DNA from: Bacteroidia bacterium
GTDB lineage: Bacteria > Bacteroidota > Bacteroidia > M30B66
Assembly (NCBI GenBank): GCA_965279035.1
Contig: OZ257142.1
Location: 416,001 to 480,000 of the forward strand
Length of the DNA: 64,000 nt
Direction of reading: 5' to 3'
The notes beneath the pieces are model-generated. The model saw nothing but the letters and a program-made list of their open reading frames with translations, ran no database searches and was not told where the DNA came from. Positions within the stretch are counted from its first letter, which is position 1; each line of letters opens with the position of its first letter. Positions 23,701-33,200 of this stretch are shown in pieces. The position numbers and the translations under genes were made by a program.

Positions 23701-23812
23701 AACAGGGTTGATACTTGCCGGCGAACGCTTACCGGAAAGCACATATTACTATCTTGTGCAGATTGAAGGCGAAAATGACACACGTAAAGGCTACCTAACC
23801 TTATGGCGATAA
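14780..23812 (+). CDS. Giant T9SS type-B cargo (gliding motility-associated C-terminal domain): FG-GAP/VCBS head, about 20+ Cys-paired Ig/PKD-like repeats, two Big_9/cadherin-like repeats; true start probably near ATG 14861
   Basis: Signal peptide ending GFS-Q; EICNNGIDDDGD motif; repeated DxDxDG motifs; AGxDQxxC...W...SG...FxWTxSNGxC repeats; DGSFTYTP repeats; C-terminal IFIPEGFSPDGDGAND...VFNRWG..VY...Y.N.WDG...TYYY. Confidence 0.92.
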   Translation: MSRNFLIVIRSELALIMRIFLIKYMLLMTGKRPVNEAFPQKKHLGKWWNVILLLLLFSFQGFSQEICNNGIDDDGDNLVDVFDPDCPCDDQTLLCQPTCEYAVPGGALNFTTQWSSSDTVPNYQTPLVADIDNDGVPEVIIMAAKNNVLSDPRRAKDLYIISGNTGATESTITTPYMAWVGPDPYAVADIDGDGFGEIIIASIDHSDNAASDRRYLFCYEHTGALKWKSNVQYGYAGVARFGSSVGITDFNSDGVAEVYIYNQIFNAATGVLLVEGGSAGGKAIMTQQSWGDVANPVAANLTTHSGLELACGNTVYNVTITNTSGTAGNTMSPIVIPGQADGYTSLADIDLDGNLDVVVASEGSTAKIYVWNPGNGTPSLLASISLPNTGGNWIGVPFIGDMDKDCQPEIGVTRSRRVYALDYNGTSTLSTKWTLVTTDASGFTGITMFDFNQDGTQELVYRDESTLRIIDGSGSSPVTVGTNPCSSGTGSEMPVVADVDGDGQAEICVSCAVNGVSLGRVNVFSSVGQAWAPCRSIWNQYSYFNVNINTNLSIPLQQQQHQVLLSNVTCPFFTCSENRPFNSFLTQATFLTQEGCPVYPASDVALSILNSSCNGSGEYDLTLEIENVGAAPSDSGYPIRFYAGNPLTSAATLIPVLSGPNATSQALNPGDTESISYSLDIAALPKPFNLFVILNDDGLLTAPFSFPLSTLPECNFADNVISISNIDCCPFGDLAISGFSPPTASFCAGGSSDLSVLASSTVGLNSAVYTWTLPDASVITGDTIQADQGGTYSVSVKDDAQCTVSSTVDITETPLPTTAAAGNDQTICEDNTALEGNIPSVGNGTWTLISGTGTIVNSTSATSSVTGISIGTSVFRWAILNGTDCLSDDTVSITRIDPPSNAVAGVDQSVCVDVVTLGATLPIIGTGSWSLVSGAGTITDASSISTTVTGLAVGANVFQWTVSNGVCPSSNDQVTITRFAVPSIADAGSNQTVCIPTASMGAATLIVGSGQWTLISGTGNFADDTDPVTQITGLSVGTNVFEWTVSNGTCAATTDQVEIVRNELPSQAEVGPDQVVCATTATLSATAPLVGSGAWTLLSGSGTISDEFSETTSVTNLGAGANVFQWTVSNGVCLPSAATLTITRDLPPDVSTAGNDQEICTDATQLEGNSPSLGSGLWTVVSGSATFDDATLPTSSISDLVTGTTVLQWTISNGVCPASSDQVSIQIDAPVSIPDAGSDFSVCAANASLAASTPTTGTGQWSLQSGTATITNPNSANSGITGLVIGTAVFRWTVTNGTCTDFDEVSVTRTAPPDQAIAGIDQELCSNSTLLAASLVITGTGQWSILNGAATFTDSSDPADLITDIAVGSNQLIWTVSSGVCPSSSDTVTIVVDANPVTPDAGSDQEICADATSLNAIPASVGTGEWTVISGSGILANASSSTSGVTGLSAGANVFRWTITNGTCIAFDQVSIVRDLPPSAAIAGADQEICQGETVTLNATSPTSGTGAWTLISGQGTITDSTSAQSSVTALQPGNVVLQWTVSSGVCTEESDQVAILVNANNLSALAGNDQTICSDTSSVSANQPLIGTGVWTVVSGSGILADSTSASTSISGLQPGANTFRWTVSNGTCPPVFDELTIQVDVPPSAALAGLDQQICTDNSTLTATAPSSGSGLWTLVTGSATFGDNQNPTSSISAIGVGVNVLQWTVSNGVCPSVNDQVIIIRDSIPVQANAGVDFSVCNSDTAALQALEPTPGTGIWTVISGSATFDDASSPLAIVSGLVTGSNQFVWTVTTGNCPTTSDTVTIQNLQPPSTANAGSDTSLCSTTSVLNAVQPVIGSGTWTSLSGVVFDDISSTNASVSNLQPGLNTLIWTVSNGICPASTDTVILSVDKNPITPNAGPDLSICSDTVTLSAAAPSQGIGVWSIVSGSLTLSDTLSPNAFASAIQLGTAVLQWTVTSGSCIVSDQMQITVSEPPSQALAGNDQEVCDSTAVLSATPPLVGNGSWSLISGTATIDDPTNPASTVSGIAPGTSVIRWTVSSGTCGETFDELTIIRDIQPKTAQAGPDQSVCADTAQLAAIASPGSGGQWTLISGTATISQPDSASTGITGLGVGTNIFRWTLPAVGSCPAVWDEVSIERNAPTSLAFAGNDTTICSSPYTLNANSPANGTGVWLVIAGNAVLQDSLSASTQVSNLEIGSNVFEWRISNGSCPVETDEVTITLLDTAYAGQDQTICDTIATLSALGVGNWTLISGSGTITQADTAITTVTGLAEGTNIFQWTLTGASCPSSDDQVSIIVSAPPSPANAGLDLSTCNDTATLSAINPTVGTGLWTVIQGAATITDSSLPTSGVSGLSVGLNQFEWRVSNGACPSLADTISITRGDTAYAGVDQIICDSTSTLDALVPSSGTGVWTLVSGTGILADSSDAATSVTGLSDGENIFQWTVTGAACPDSTDQVIITRNCNTPPVIANDSLSMLEDSVLTSTILDPNDYDPDSTTLTVDTTSVIGPNHGTLLIHPDGSFTYTPDDNYNGLDTFIVAVCDSGAPLPALCGQDTVIITIDPVNDPPTIQGETETVAPGASVTDNLLDNDSDIDGTSLTANTTPITGPSHGDITINPDGSFTYTPDTGYVGNDTIIVEVCDSGTPLPEECAPDTIIIQIQGITVIANAGEDQTFCGNSTQLEAQAVDPPGTGVWTIISGNATLSDANSPSSNLTAISSDTVLLVWTVTLNGQTATDTVQIIAHPPATPAFAGEDQVVCGNATELQGNTPIAGTGNWTLVSGTGILSNASSELCGVNGIAPGTSIFAWTITNGTCISSDTVLVQAYIHSAISIAGDSAICPDVLSTTLTATVQGGLTGLWTMQTGTAVFSNDTLPQTTVSSLSPGDNVVVYTISNGPCGASESFKITVLSEEDALCKQEEIFIPEGFSPDGDGANDQLVIYGLKGKHVSLKVFNRWGNLVYESDNYQNNWDGTCSTGLILAGERLPESTYYYLVQIEGENDTRKGYLTLWR

Positions 23813-23835
23813 AATCAGAACCGAAAAACCGGGAT

Positions 23836-24756
23836 ATGAAAAAGCACTTTCTTCTTTTCTTTTCCTTGCTAGCTTTCCTTTCAGGGAATTCTCAGCAAGA
23901 CCCGATGTACAGTATGTACATGTTCAACACCATGGCTATCAATCCAGCCTATGCGGGTTCTTTGGATCATGCCCAAGCAACCGGATTGTTTCGTCGGCAA
24001 TGGCTCGACTTTCCCGGCTCACCTAGAACAGCCAGCTTGAGCTTTCATACACCCACGAAAAACGAAAAAGTCGGATTGGGCTTTTCATTCGTCAACGACC
24101 AAATGGGCGATATGGCTACGAATTCCTTTATGGGTTCTTATGCTTATCATATTCGCTTGAAAAAAAGTCGCTTGTCATTGGGATTGCAGGCAGGTGTGCG
24201 AAACTTCAGTCTCGACTTAAGCAAAATCAAGTTAAGTCCTGATCAGGTTTACGATGATGCTTTTCAAGGAAATATCAGTCAGTGGAGTTTGAATTTTGGC
24301 GCTGGAGCATTTTGGTATAGCAACAAATGGTACTTAGGCTTAGGTATTCCCAATTTGAGAAATAACATCATCAGCAATCAGCAGCTAAACACCGTGTATG
24401 TTGCACGATACCGAACACACATCAACCTAACAGGAGGATATGTATTTAAACTATCTCCAACCTTCCATTTCAAACCATCTTTTATGATTAAAGAAGTAGG
24501 AGGAGCTCCATTGCAGTTTGATATCAATGCTAATATTTACTGGCTCGATTTAATTGGCTTTGGCGTTTCATATCGCTCAGGTGATGCGATGGTGGCTTTA
24601 CTCGAAGTGCAGCTCAACAAGAACTTCCGCTTGGGTTATGCTTATGATCAAACAATCAATAAGTTGGCTGGCTATGTTGGAGGAACTCACGAAGTGATGC
24701 TTCGATCTGACTTTGGTTTCAACAAGAACAAAACCGTTACACCTCGATATTTCTAA
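23836..24756 (+). CDS. PorP/SprF family T9SS outer-membrane beta-barrel
   Basis: QQDPMYSMYMFN...INPAYAG, RRQW, GYAYD, GTHEV and C-terminal PRYF; ATG 23836 (MKKHF) gives a clean signal peptide (ORF track starts at 23803). Confidence 0.93.
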   Translation: MKKHFLLFFSLLAFLSGNSQQDPMYSMYMFNTMAINPAYAGSLDHAQATGLFRRQWLDFPGSPRTASLSFHTPTKNEKVGLGFSFVNDQMGDMATNSFMGSYAYHIRLKKSRLSLGLQAGVRNFSLDLSKIKLSPDQVYDDAFQGNISQWSLNFGAGAFWYSNKWYLGLGIPNLRNNIISNQQLNTVYVARYRTHINLTGGYVFKLSPTFHFKPSFMIKEVGGAPLQFDINANIYWLDLIGFGVSYRSGDAMVALLEVQLNKNFRLGYAYDQTINKLAGYVGGTHEVMLRSDFGFNKNKTVTPRYF

Positions 24757-24767
24757 GCGAACAGAAC

Positions 24768-27215
24768 ATGGCATCATCTCTCCTAAACCAGTTCCGGAAC
24801 GCACTGCTACTGCTCTTCATTGCTGCAGCTCAGCTCAATGCTCAATCGCCGGTTGAACGTAAAGCAAACCGTTTGTACGAGAACTTCGCTTATCCCGAAG
24901 CAATCGAATTGTACGAACACATCATCAAGAAAAAACCCGATAACAAAGCCGTTATCCGAAATCTTGCTGATGCCTATCGGAAAACGAACAACGCTGCTAA
25001 AACAGAACAATGGCTTTTGCGTGTGTTAGAGTCGGGCATAGCCAAAAATGAGGATTATTTCTACCTCGCTCAAGCGCTCGAAACTAGCGGTAAAAACGAA
25101 GAAGCGCGTCGCTATTACGAAAAGTACGACCAACTCATGGCTGCCGATCAACGTGGAGAACGTTTTACTGCTGCAATGAAAGACTATACGGGCTTTTTTG
25201 CAGAATCAGAAAGCTATAAAGTCGAAAACCTGAGCATCAATACTGCTGGTTCGGATTTTAGTCCAGCTTATGTGCCTGGCGGAATTATACTCGTTTCGAA
25301 CGGACATGGGAAAAGCTTTCCTAAATCGCTCTTTCCATGGAACAATGAACCGTGGTTAGATCTTTATATTTCCAAAGGCGCCAACGACTCAACCTTGCAA
25401 GCGGCGAAACACATTTCAGGGAAGCTAAATACGAAGTACCACGAAGGACCACTTAGCTACAATCAAGGAACTAAAACACTTGCTTTTACACGTAACAATT
25501 ACTTCAAAGGGAAAGTCAAACGGAGCAGCGACCATATCAATAAACTGAATATATATTTTGCGACAGCCGAAGGCGAAGAATGGAAAAACATCACCCCATT
25601 TCAGCACAACAGCAAGGAATATTCAACAGGTCACCCATCCTTTTCGGAAGATGGTAAAAAACTCTATTTCTCGAGCGATATGCCCGGTGGATATGGCGGA
25701 AGCGACTTATATGTTTGTACATACGAAAACAACACCTGGACAAAACCTGAAAACCTTGGTCCGACAATCAATACCGAAGGAAATGAGTTGTTTCCTTTTA
25801 TCTACAAGGATAGCTTGCTTTGTTTCTCTTCCAATGGTTGGGGCGGAATGGGTGGATTGGATGTGTTTCATTCAGAAATAAAAAACAACAGCTTCGCAAA
25901 ACCCGAAAATCAAGGAGCTCCAGTAAACAGCCCTTCGGATGATTTTGGTTTCATTTTTACCAATGCTGGGAAAAACGGATTTTTTAGTTCCAACAGAGCA
26001 GGAGGAAAAGGCAGCGATGACATCTATCGTTTTACTTATACCATGCGTCCTACAGCGATCATAATCGTTGATAAAGACGAAGTAAAAGCTGTTCAGAAAG
26101 CACATATTCAGATTCTTCTTGGGGATAAATTATTGGTTGAAAAAGATGCGGATGGTGAAGGAAAGTCCTTTGTTCAATTGCGTCCATGCACCGAATACAA
26201 AATCATTACAACGGGTGATGGCTATCCGAAACACGAGCAAGTGTTGAAATCGAATTGTCCTGCTTCCAAAGAAGACCTTCGCGTTTTGATGAAACGTCCG
26301 AAGCTTTACGTAAACGTTTTCGACAAATACCTAAACAAAGACATCGCAGGAGCCAAAGTGATTGTAACTGATCTCACAAAACCATCAAATCCTTCAATGG
26401 AAGGAAATGCAGATGAAAAAGGCTTTATTCGTTTTTATTTGATTCCGTGTCACGAATACAACGTTGTTGCTAAAAAAGAAGGCATGCCAGATGTTTCGCG
26501 GAAAGTAACAGCTCCTTGCGATGAAAATGGAACTGATCCATTGGTGCGCCTCGGAACTGGTATTGCTCCAATTCGAGGTGTTAGTATAGAAATTAAAGTT
26601 GTAGACGAGTTAAGCAATACTCCAATTGCGAATGCCAAAGTGCGAATGCTCAATAAAAAGTCGAATGATTTAATGGAGTTTCTCACAGATGATAATGGAA
26701 TGTTTGAGACTACATTAAACGAAAACACCAATTGGCTCATAAATTCTTCCCGTATCGGCTATTTCTCCACATCCAAAAGCAAATCGGATATAACTGCCAA
26801 CAAGGGCGACAAAAAGCTTTTCAAAGAATTGAAATTGTTGAAGCTTCGCGAAGGTGGAATCATTGCCTTGGAAGGAATATTTTACGATTTAGCTAAGTCC
26901 GATATTCGTCCAGATGCAGCAAAAGTGCTCGATTATGTAGTGCTTGTGATGGAAGAAAATCCAAGTTTAGTCATCGAATTGGGCTCGCATACCGACTCAA
27001 GAGGAACCGATGCCGACAACCTCAAGCTTTCGGATGCACGTGCTAAATCTGCGGCCGATTACATTGTTTCTAAGGGCGTTGCAAGTAATCGCATCACCGG
27101 AAAAGGTTATGGCGAAACCGTTCTGAAGAACAAATGTGGCAACGGCGTGAAATGTCCCGACAAACTTCATCAAGAAAACCGTCGGACAGAGATTCGGATT
27201 GTCGATTTTGAGTGA
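24768..27215 (+). CDS. PorE-like OmpA family protein (TPR, PD40 repeats, carboxypeptidase-regulatory-like domains, OmpA_C)
   Basis: N-terminal TPRs; LYFSSDMPGGYGGSDLY and FSSNRAGGKGSDDIY PD40 repeats; IELGSHTDSRG...LS..RA...NRRTE OmpA motif. Confidence 0.9.
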   Translation: MASSLLNQFRNALLLLFIAAAQLNAQSPVERKANRLYENFAYPEAIELYEHIIKKKPDNKAVIRNLADAYRKTNNAAKTEQWLLRVLESGIAKNEDYFYLAQALETSGKNEEARRYYEKYDQLMAADQRGERFTAAMKDYTGFFAESESYKVENLSINTAGSDFSPAYVPGGIILVSNGHGKSFPKSLFPWNNEPWLDLYISKGANDSTLQAAKHISGKLNTKYHEGPLSYNQGTKTLAFTRNNYFKGKVKRSSDHINKLNIYFATAEGEEWKNITPFQHNSKEYSTGHPSFSEDGKKLYFSSDMPGGYGGSDLYVCTYENNTWTKPENLGPTINTEGNELFPFIYKDSLLCFSSNGWGGMGGLDVFHSEIKNNSFAKPENQGAPVNSPSDDFGFIFTNAGKNGFFSSNRAGGKGSDDIYRFTYTMRPTAIIIVDKDEVKAVQKAHIQILLGDKLLVEKDADGEGKSFVQLRPCTEYKIITTGDGYPKHEQVLKSNCPASKEDLRVLMKRPKLYVNVFDKYLNKDIAGAKVIVTDLTKPSNPSMEGNADEKGFIRFYLIPCHEYNVVAKKEGMPDVSRKVTAPCDENGTDPLVRLGTGIAPIRGVSIEIKVVDELSNTPIANAKVRMLNKKSNDLMEFLTDDNGMFETTLNENTNWLINSSRIGYFSTSKSKSDITANKGDKKLFKELKLLKLREGGIIALEGIFYDLAKSDIRPDAAKVLDYVVLVMEENPSLVIELGSHTDSRGTDADNLKLSDARAKSAADYIVSKGVASNRITGKGYGETVLKNKCGNGVKCPDKLHQENRRTEIRIVDFE

Positions 27216-27251
27216 TAAATTCGAGGCTGCTTAAATGGCCTCATCCGAATC

Positions 27252-30200
27252 ATGAAAGTTTGGTCGAAATTTGTTTTTTCCCTCATCGTTGGGATGATCT
27301 CTTTTTCAATGCCTTTGTTGGCAGGTGGAGAGATAGCGAATGCAGGTTCGGACCAAGTAATTTGCACTAATTCAGTTACTCTAGCAGGAAATGCCCCAGT
27401 TATTTACACTGGTTTATGGACGGTAGTTACCGGAACGGGAAGCTTTTCTGACGCAAACGATCCGAGTACAAGTGTCAGCAACCTCGATATTGGTGAGACA
27501 ATTCTCGTTTGGGAATTCTATCAAGTGGATGTGCTGATTTCATCCGACACGGTTAAAATTACCGTTCAAGAACCACCAATCGCATCTGCCGGAATTGACC
27601 AAACCATTTGTTCTTCTTCGGCAAATTTAGATGCCGTTCCTGCAACAAACGGAAGCTGGGCACTTATGTCTGGTGCTGGAACATTGGCAGATAATACTTT
27701 GGCAAATACTGCTGTTTCGGATTTGGCTGTTGGTGAAAATGTGTTTCGTTGGACGGTTCCAGGAGGTGCTTGTGCCGATGCATTTGATGAAGTTTCCGTA
27801 TTTCAGGATTCTCCACCAACAAGTTCTGTCGCCGGTTCAGATCAAACCATTTGTTCAACATCTACAACATTGGATGCCAACTTCGCACTCGTTGGCGGAG
27901 GACAATGGATCGTCATCACAGGAACTGGAAATTTTACTTTTGATGCCGATCCTCAAACGGTTGTAAGCGGGCTTTCCACAGGTATCAACACTTTCCGTTG
28001 GACAATTAGCAATGGCGTGTGTGCTTCTTCGACGGATGATGTGAACATCACAGTTCAATCGCCTCCAACAACCCCTAATGCCGGAACGGATCAAACCATT
28101 TGTTCCTCTTCGGCAATTTTAGATGCCGTTCCTGCAACAAACGGAAGCTGGGCGCTTATGTCAGGTGCTGGAACTTTGGCTGATAATACATTGGCCAGTA
28201 CAGCTGTTTCGAATTTGATTCTTGGTGAAAATGTGTTTCGGTGGACGGTTCCTGGAGGTGCTTGTGCCGATGCATTTGATGAAGTTTCCATATTTCAGGA
28301 TGCGCCACCAACTAATTCTTCTGCCGGTTCAGATCAAACCATTTGTTCAACATCCACAACATTGGATGCCAACTTCGCATTCGTTGGCGGAGGACAATGG
28401 AGCGTCATTGCTGGAACTGGAAATTTTACTTTTGATGCCGATCCTCAAACCTTCGTCAGCGGACTTTCCACAGGTATCAACACTTTCCGTTGGACAATAA
28501 GCAACGGTGTTTGTGCAGCTTCGACGGATGATGTGAACATCACAGTTCAATCTCCTCCAACAACTCCTAATGCAGGAACAGATCAAACCATTTGTTCCTC
28601 TTCAACTACACTTAACGCAACCGCCGCAAGTGGAGGAAGTTGGACACTCATAAGCGGAAGCGGAACATTGGCCAATGCTTCTTCTGCAACATCAAGTGTT
28701 TCTGGACTTTCCACTGGTGTGAATGTGATTCGCTGGACAGTTCCTGGAGGTACTTGTTCCGATGTGTTTGATGAAGTAAGCATCACTGTTGATGCACCAC
28801 CAACAAGTTCAGCAGCAGGTTCAGACCAATCCATTTGCTCAACAACAGCAACACTTTCAGGAAATACACCAAGTTCAGGAACGGGACTTTGGTCGGTTAT
28901 TACTGGAACCGCTTTATTCAACAATGCGACTAGTCCTAGCACTTCCGTTTCTGGTTTATCGGTTGGAATAAACGTGCTTCGCTGGACAATCTCCAATGGA
29001 ACCTGTACACCATCGAGCGACGATATTACTATTACCGTTGATAATAATCCAGCTAGCCCCAATGCAGGGATCGATCAAACACTGTGTGCTTCTTCCACCA
29101 ACTTAGCTGCAACTCCAGCAACAGGCGGTGCTTGGACGCTTGTAAGTGGAAGCGGAACGATAGCAAATGCATCTTCTGCAACCTCTGGTGTAACAGGACT
29201 TTCCAATGGAGTGAATGTGTTTCGATGGACGATTCCGGGTGGTGCTTGTGGGAATGTAAGCGATGATGTGAGCATTACCGTTGATCAATCTCCAACAACA
29301 TCTCAAGCCGGTTCAGATCAAACCATTTGTACAACTTCAACAACATTGAACGCCAACACAGCACTCGTTGGAACTGGACAATGGAGCATTATTACAGGAA
29401 GTGGAACATTCGTTTCAAATTCCAATCCTCTAACAGCAGTCAGCGGACTTTCCACTGGACTCAACACTTTCCGTTGGACAATAAGCAATGGTGTTTGTAC
29501 TGCATCAACCGATGATGTAAGCATCACCGTTCAATCTCCACCTTCAACACCGAATGCGGGAACGGATCAAACCATCTGTTCATCTTCTGCTACGCTCAAT
29601 GCAACAGCTGCAAGTGGTGGTCATTGGACCGTAATCAGCGGTAGCGGAAATTTTAGTAATGCAAATCTGGCAAACACGAATGTTACCGGACTTTCCAATG
29701 GAGCAAATGTGTTTCGTTGGACTGTATCGAGTGGTGTTTGTGCCGACGTAAGCGATGATGTTACAATCACCGTTGACACACCACCAACAAGTTCTTCAGC
29801 TGGTTCAGACCAATCCATTTGCTCAACAACAGCAACACTTTCAGGCAACACACCAAGTTCAGGAACGGGACTTTGGTCGGTTATAACTGGTACAGCATTA
29901 TTCAACAATGCGACGAATCCTAGCACTTCCGTTTCGGGATTATCTGTTGGAGTGAACGTGCTTCGCTGGACAATCTCCAACGGGACTTGCACACCTTCGA
30001 GCGATGATGTTACGATAACTGTTGACAATAATCCACTTAGTCCGAATGCTGGTTCTGACCAACAACTCTGCGCTTCATCCACCAGCTTAGCAGCAACTCC
30101 AGCAACCGGCGGCGCTTGGACATTAGTAAGCGGAAGCGGAACTCTGGCTAACGCATCTTCTGCAACTTCAGGAATAACTGGACTTTCCAACGGAGTAAAT

Positions 30201-33200
30201 GTGTTTCGCTGGACGATTCCAGGTGGTGCATGTGGGGATGTTTTTGATGAAGTGAGCATCACAGTGTATGCTGCTCCAACAAGTTCCTCTGCTGGTTCAG
30301 ACCAGTCGATTTGTTCAACAACAGCAACACTTTCAGGGAATACTCCAAGTTCGGGAACTGGACTTTGGTCAGTTATTACCGGAACCGCTTTATTCAACAA
30401 TGCAACGAGTCCAAGCACTTCCGTTTCAGGATTATCGATTGGAGTGAATGTGCTTCGCTGGACAATCTCCAACGGAACATGCGCTCCATCGAGCGATGAT
30501 ATTACTATTACCGTTGATAATAATCCAGCTAGTCCCAATGCTGGTATAGATCAAACTCTGTGTGCTTCATCCACCAACTTAGCAGCAACACCAGCAACAG
30601 GCGGCGCTTGGACACTTGTAAGTGGAAGCGGAACGATAGCAAATGCAACTTCTGCAACATCGGGTGTAACTGGACTTTCCAATGGAGTGAATGTGTTTCG
30701 TTGGACGATTCCAGGTGGTGCTTGTGGTAATGTTTCAGATGACTTGAGCATCACGGTGTATGCTGCTCCAACAAGTTCCTCTGCTGGTTCAGACCAGTCG
30801 ATTTGTTCAACAACAGCAACACTTTCAGGGAATACTCCAAGTTCGGGAACTGGGCTTTGGTCGGTAATTACTGGAACAGCATTATTCAACAATGCGACGA
30901 ATCCTAGTACTTCCGTTTCGGGATTATCGGTTGGAGTGAACGTGCTTCGCTGGACAATCTCCAATGGAACTTGCACTCCATCGAGCGATGATATTACCAT
31001 CACCGTTGATAATAATCCTGTAAGTCCCAATGCTGGAATCGATCAAACACTGTGTGCTTCATCCACCAACTTAGCAGCAACACCAGCAACAGGCGGCGCT
31101 TGGACACTCTTAAGCGGAAGTGGAACACTGGCAAATGCATCTTCAGCAAACTCTAGTGTAACGGGACTTTCAGTTGGTGTGAATGTATTCCGTTGGACGA
31201 TTCCGGGCGGTGCTTGTGGGAATGTAAGTGATGATGTAAGCATTACCGTTGATCAATCTCCAACAAGTTCTCAAGCTGGATTAGATCAAACCATTTGTGC
31301 AACTTCAACAACATTGGGAGCTAATACAGCACTCATTGGAACAGGGCAATGGAGCGTAATCTCCGGCAGCGGAACTTTCGTTTCGAATTCCAATCCTCTA
31401 ACAGCTATCAGCGGACTTTCCAATGGCATCAACACCTTCCGATGGACAATTAGCAATGGTGTGTGCACTTCTTCTACGGATGATGTGAGCATCACCGTTC
31501 AAACTCCTCCAACAACTCCAAATGCGGGTACTGATCAAGCCATCTGTTCTTCTTCAGCTACGCTCAATGCAACAGCTGCAAGTGGTGGTCATTGGACCAT
31601 AATCAGTGGTAGCGGAAATTTCAGTAATTCAAATTTGGCAAACACGAATGTTACCGGACTTTCCAATGGAGCAAATGTGTTTCGTTGGACTGTTTCGAGC
31701 GGCGTTTGTGCCGATGTAAGCGATGATGTTACAATCACCGTTGACACACCACCAACAAGTTCTTCAGCTGGTTCAGACCAATCCATTTGCTCAACAACAG
31801 CAACACTTTCAGGCAACACTCCAAGTTCAGGAACAGGACTTTGGTCGGTAATTACTGGAACAGCATTATTCAACAATGCTACGAATCCAAGCACGTCCGT
31901 TTCAGGATTATCTGTTGGAGTGAACGTGCTTCGCTGGACAATCTCCAACGGGACTTGCACACCTTCGAGCGATGATGTTACGATAACTGTTGACAATAAT
32001 CCACTTAGTCCGAATGCTGGTTCTGACCAACAACTCTGCGCTTCATCCACCAGCTTAGCAGCAACTCCAGCAACCGGCGGCGCTTGGACATTAGTAAGCG
32101 GAAGCGGAACTCTGGCTAACGCATCTTCTGCAACATCCGGTGTTACTGGACTTTCCAACGGAGTGAGTGTGTTTCGTTGGACTATTCCAGGTGGAGCGTG
32201 TGGTAATGTGAGCGATGAGGTAAGTATTACAGTTGATAGTCCACCGAGCACGTCCAATGCGGGAATTGATCAATCAATTTGTTCAACAGTGGCAACTCTT
32301 GCTGCCAATACTCCAAGTTCTGGAACTGGGCTTTGGACTGTTGTTTCTGGTTCGGGTTTGTTTGCAAATGCCAATAGTCCGAGTACTTCGGTTTCTGGAT
32401 TATCGGTCGGTGTCAATGTGCTTCGCTGGACAATATCCAACGGAACCTGTAGTGCTTCAACCGATGTTGTTTCAATAACGGTTGACAATAATCCGGTATC
32501 ACCCAATGCTGGCCCAGATCAAACATTATGTGCATCAACTACAACATTAGCAGCGACAGCAAGTTCGGGCGGTTCATGGACCTTGATAAGTGGAACGGGA
32601 ACAATTCAAAATGCCACCTCAGCAACATCAAGCGTTAGCGGACTTTCCATTGGCACGAATGTTTTTCGTTGGACCATTCCAGGCGGTGCATGTGGAAATG
32701 TATCTGATGATGTAAGTATACTCGTTCAAGCTCCGCCTTCTGTTTCAGTTGCAGGTTCTGATCAAGTAATTTGTACTTCTTTTACAAGCATGGCAGCAAC
32801 TGCTCCAACCATTGGAACTGGAGCTTGGTCAGTTGTTAGTGGTTCGGGGCTTTTTGGAAATGCCAATTCAGCCACTAGTTCAGTTACAGGATTGTCGTCT
32901 GGCAATAATGTATTTCGTTGGACCATCAGCAATGGTGTTTGTTCAACTTCAAGTGATGATGTAACGATTACGGTTTCAACTTCTCCGGCTACGCCGAATG
33001 CCGGCTCCGATCAAACCTTATGTGCAAGTTCATCAACATTATCTGCTAGTCCTTCGGGAGGAATTTGGACAGTAGTTTCCGGAACGGCAACATTTCAAAA
33101 TGCATCTTCAGCGACGTCTTCAGTATCCGGTCTTTCAACAGGAATCAATGTGCTACGTTGGACCATCGACGGAGGTGCTTGTGCCGATGTAAGTGATGAT

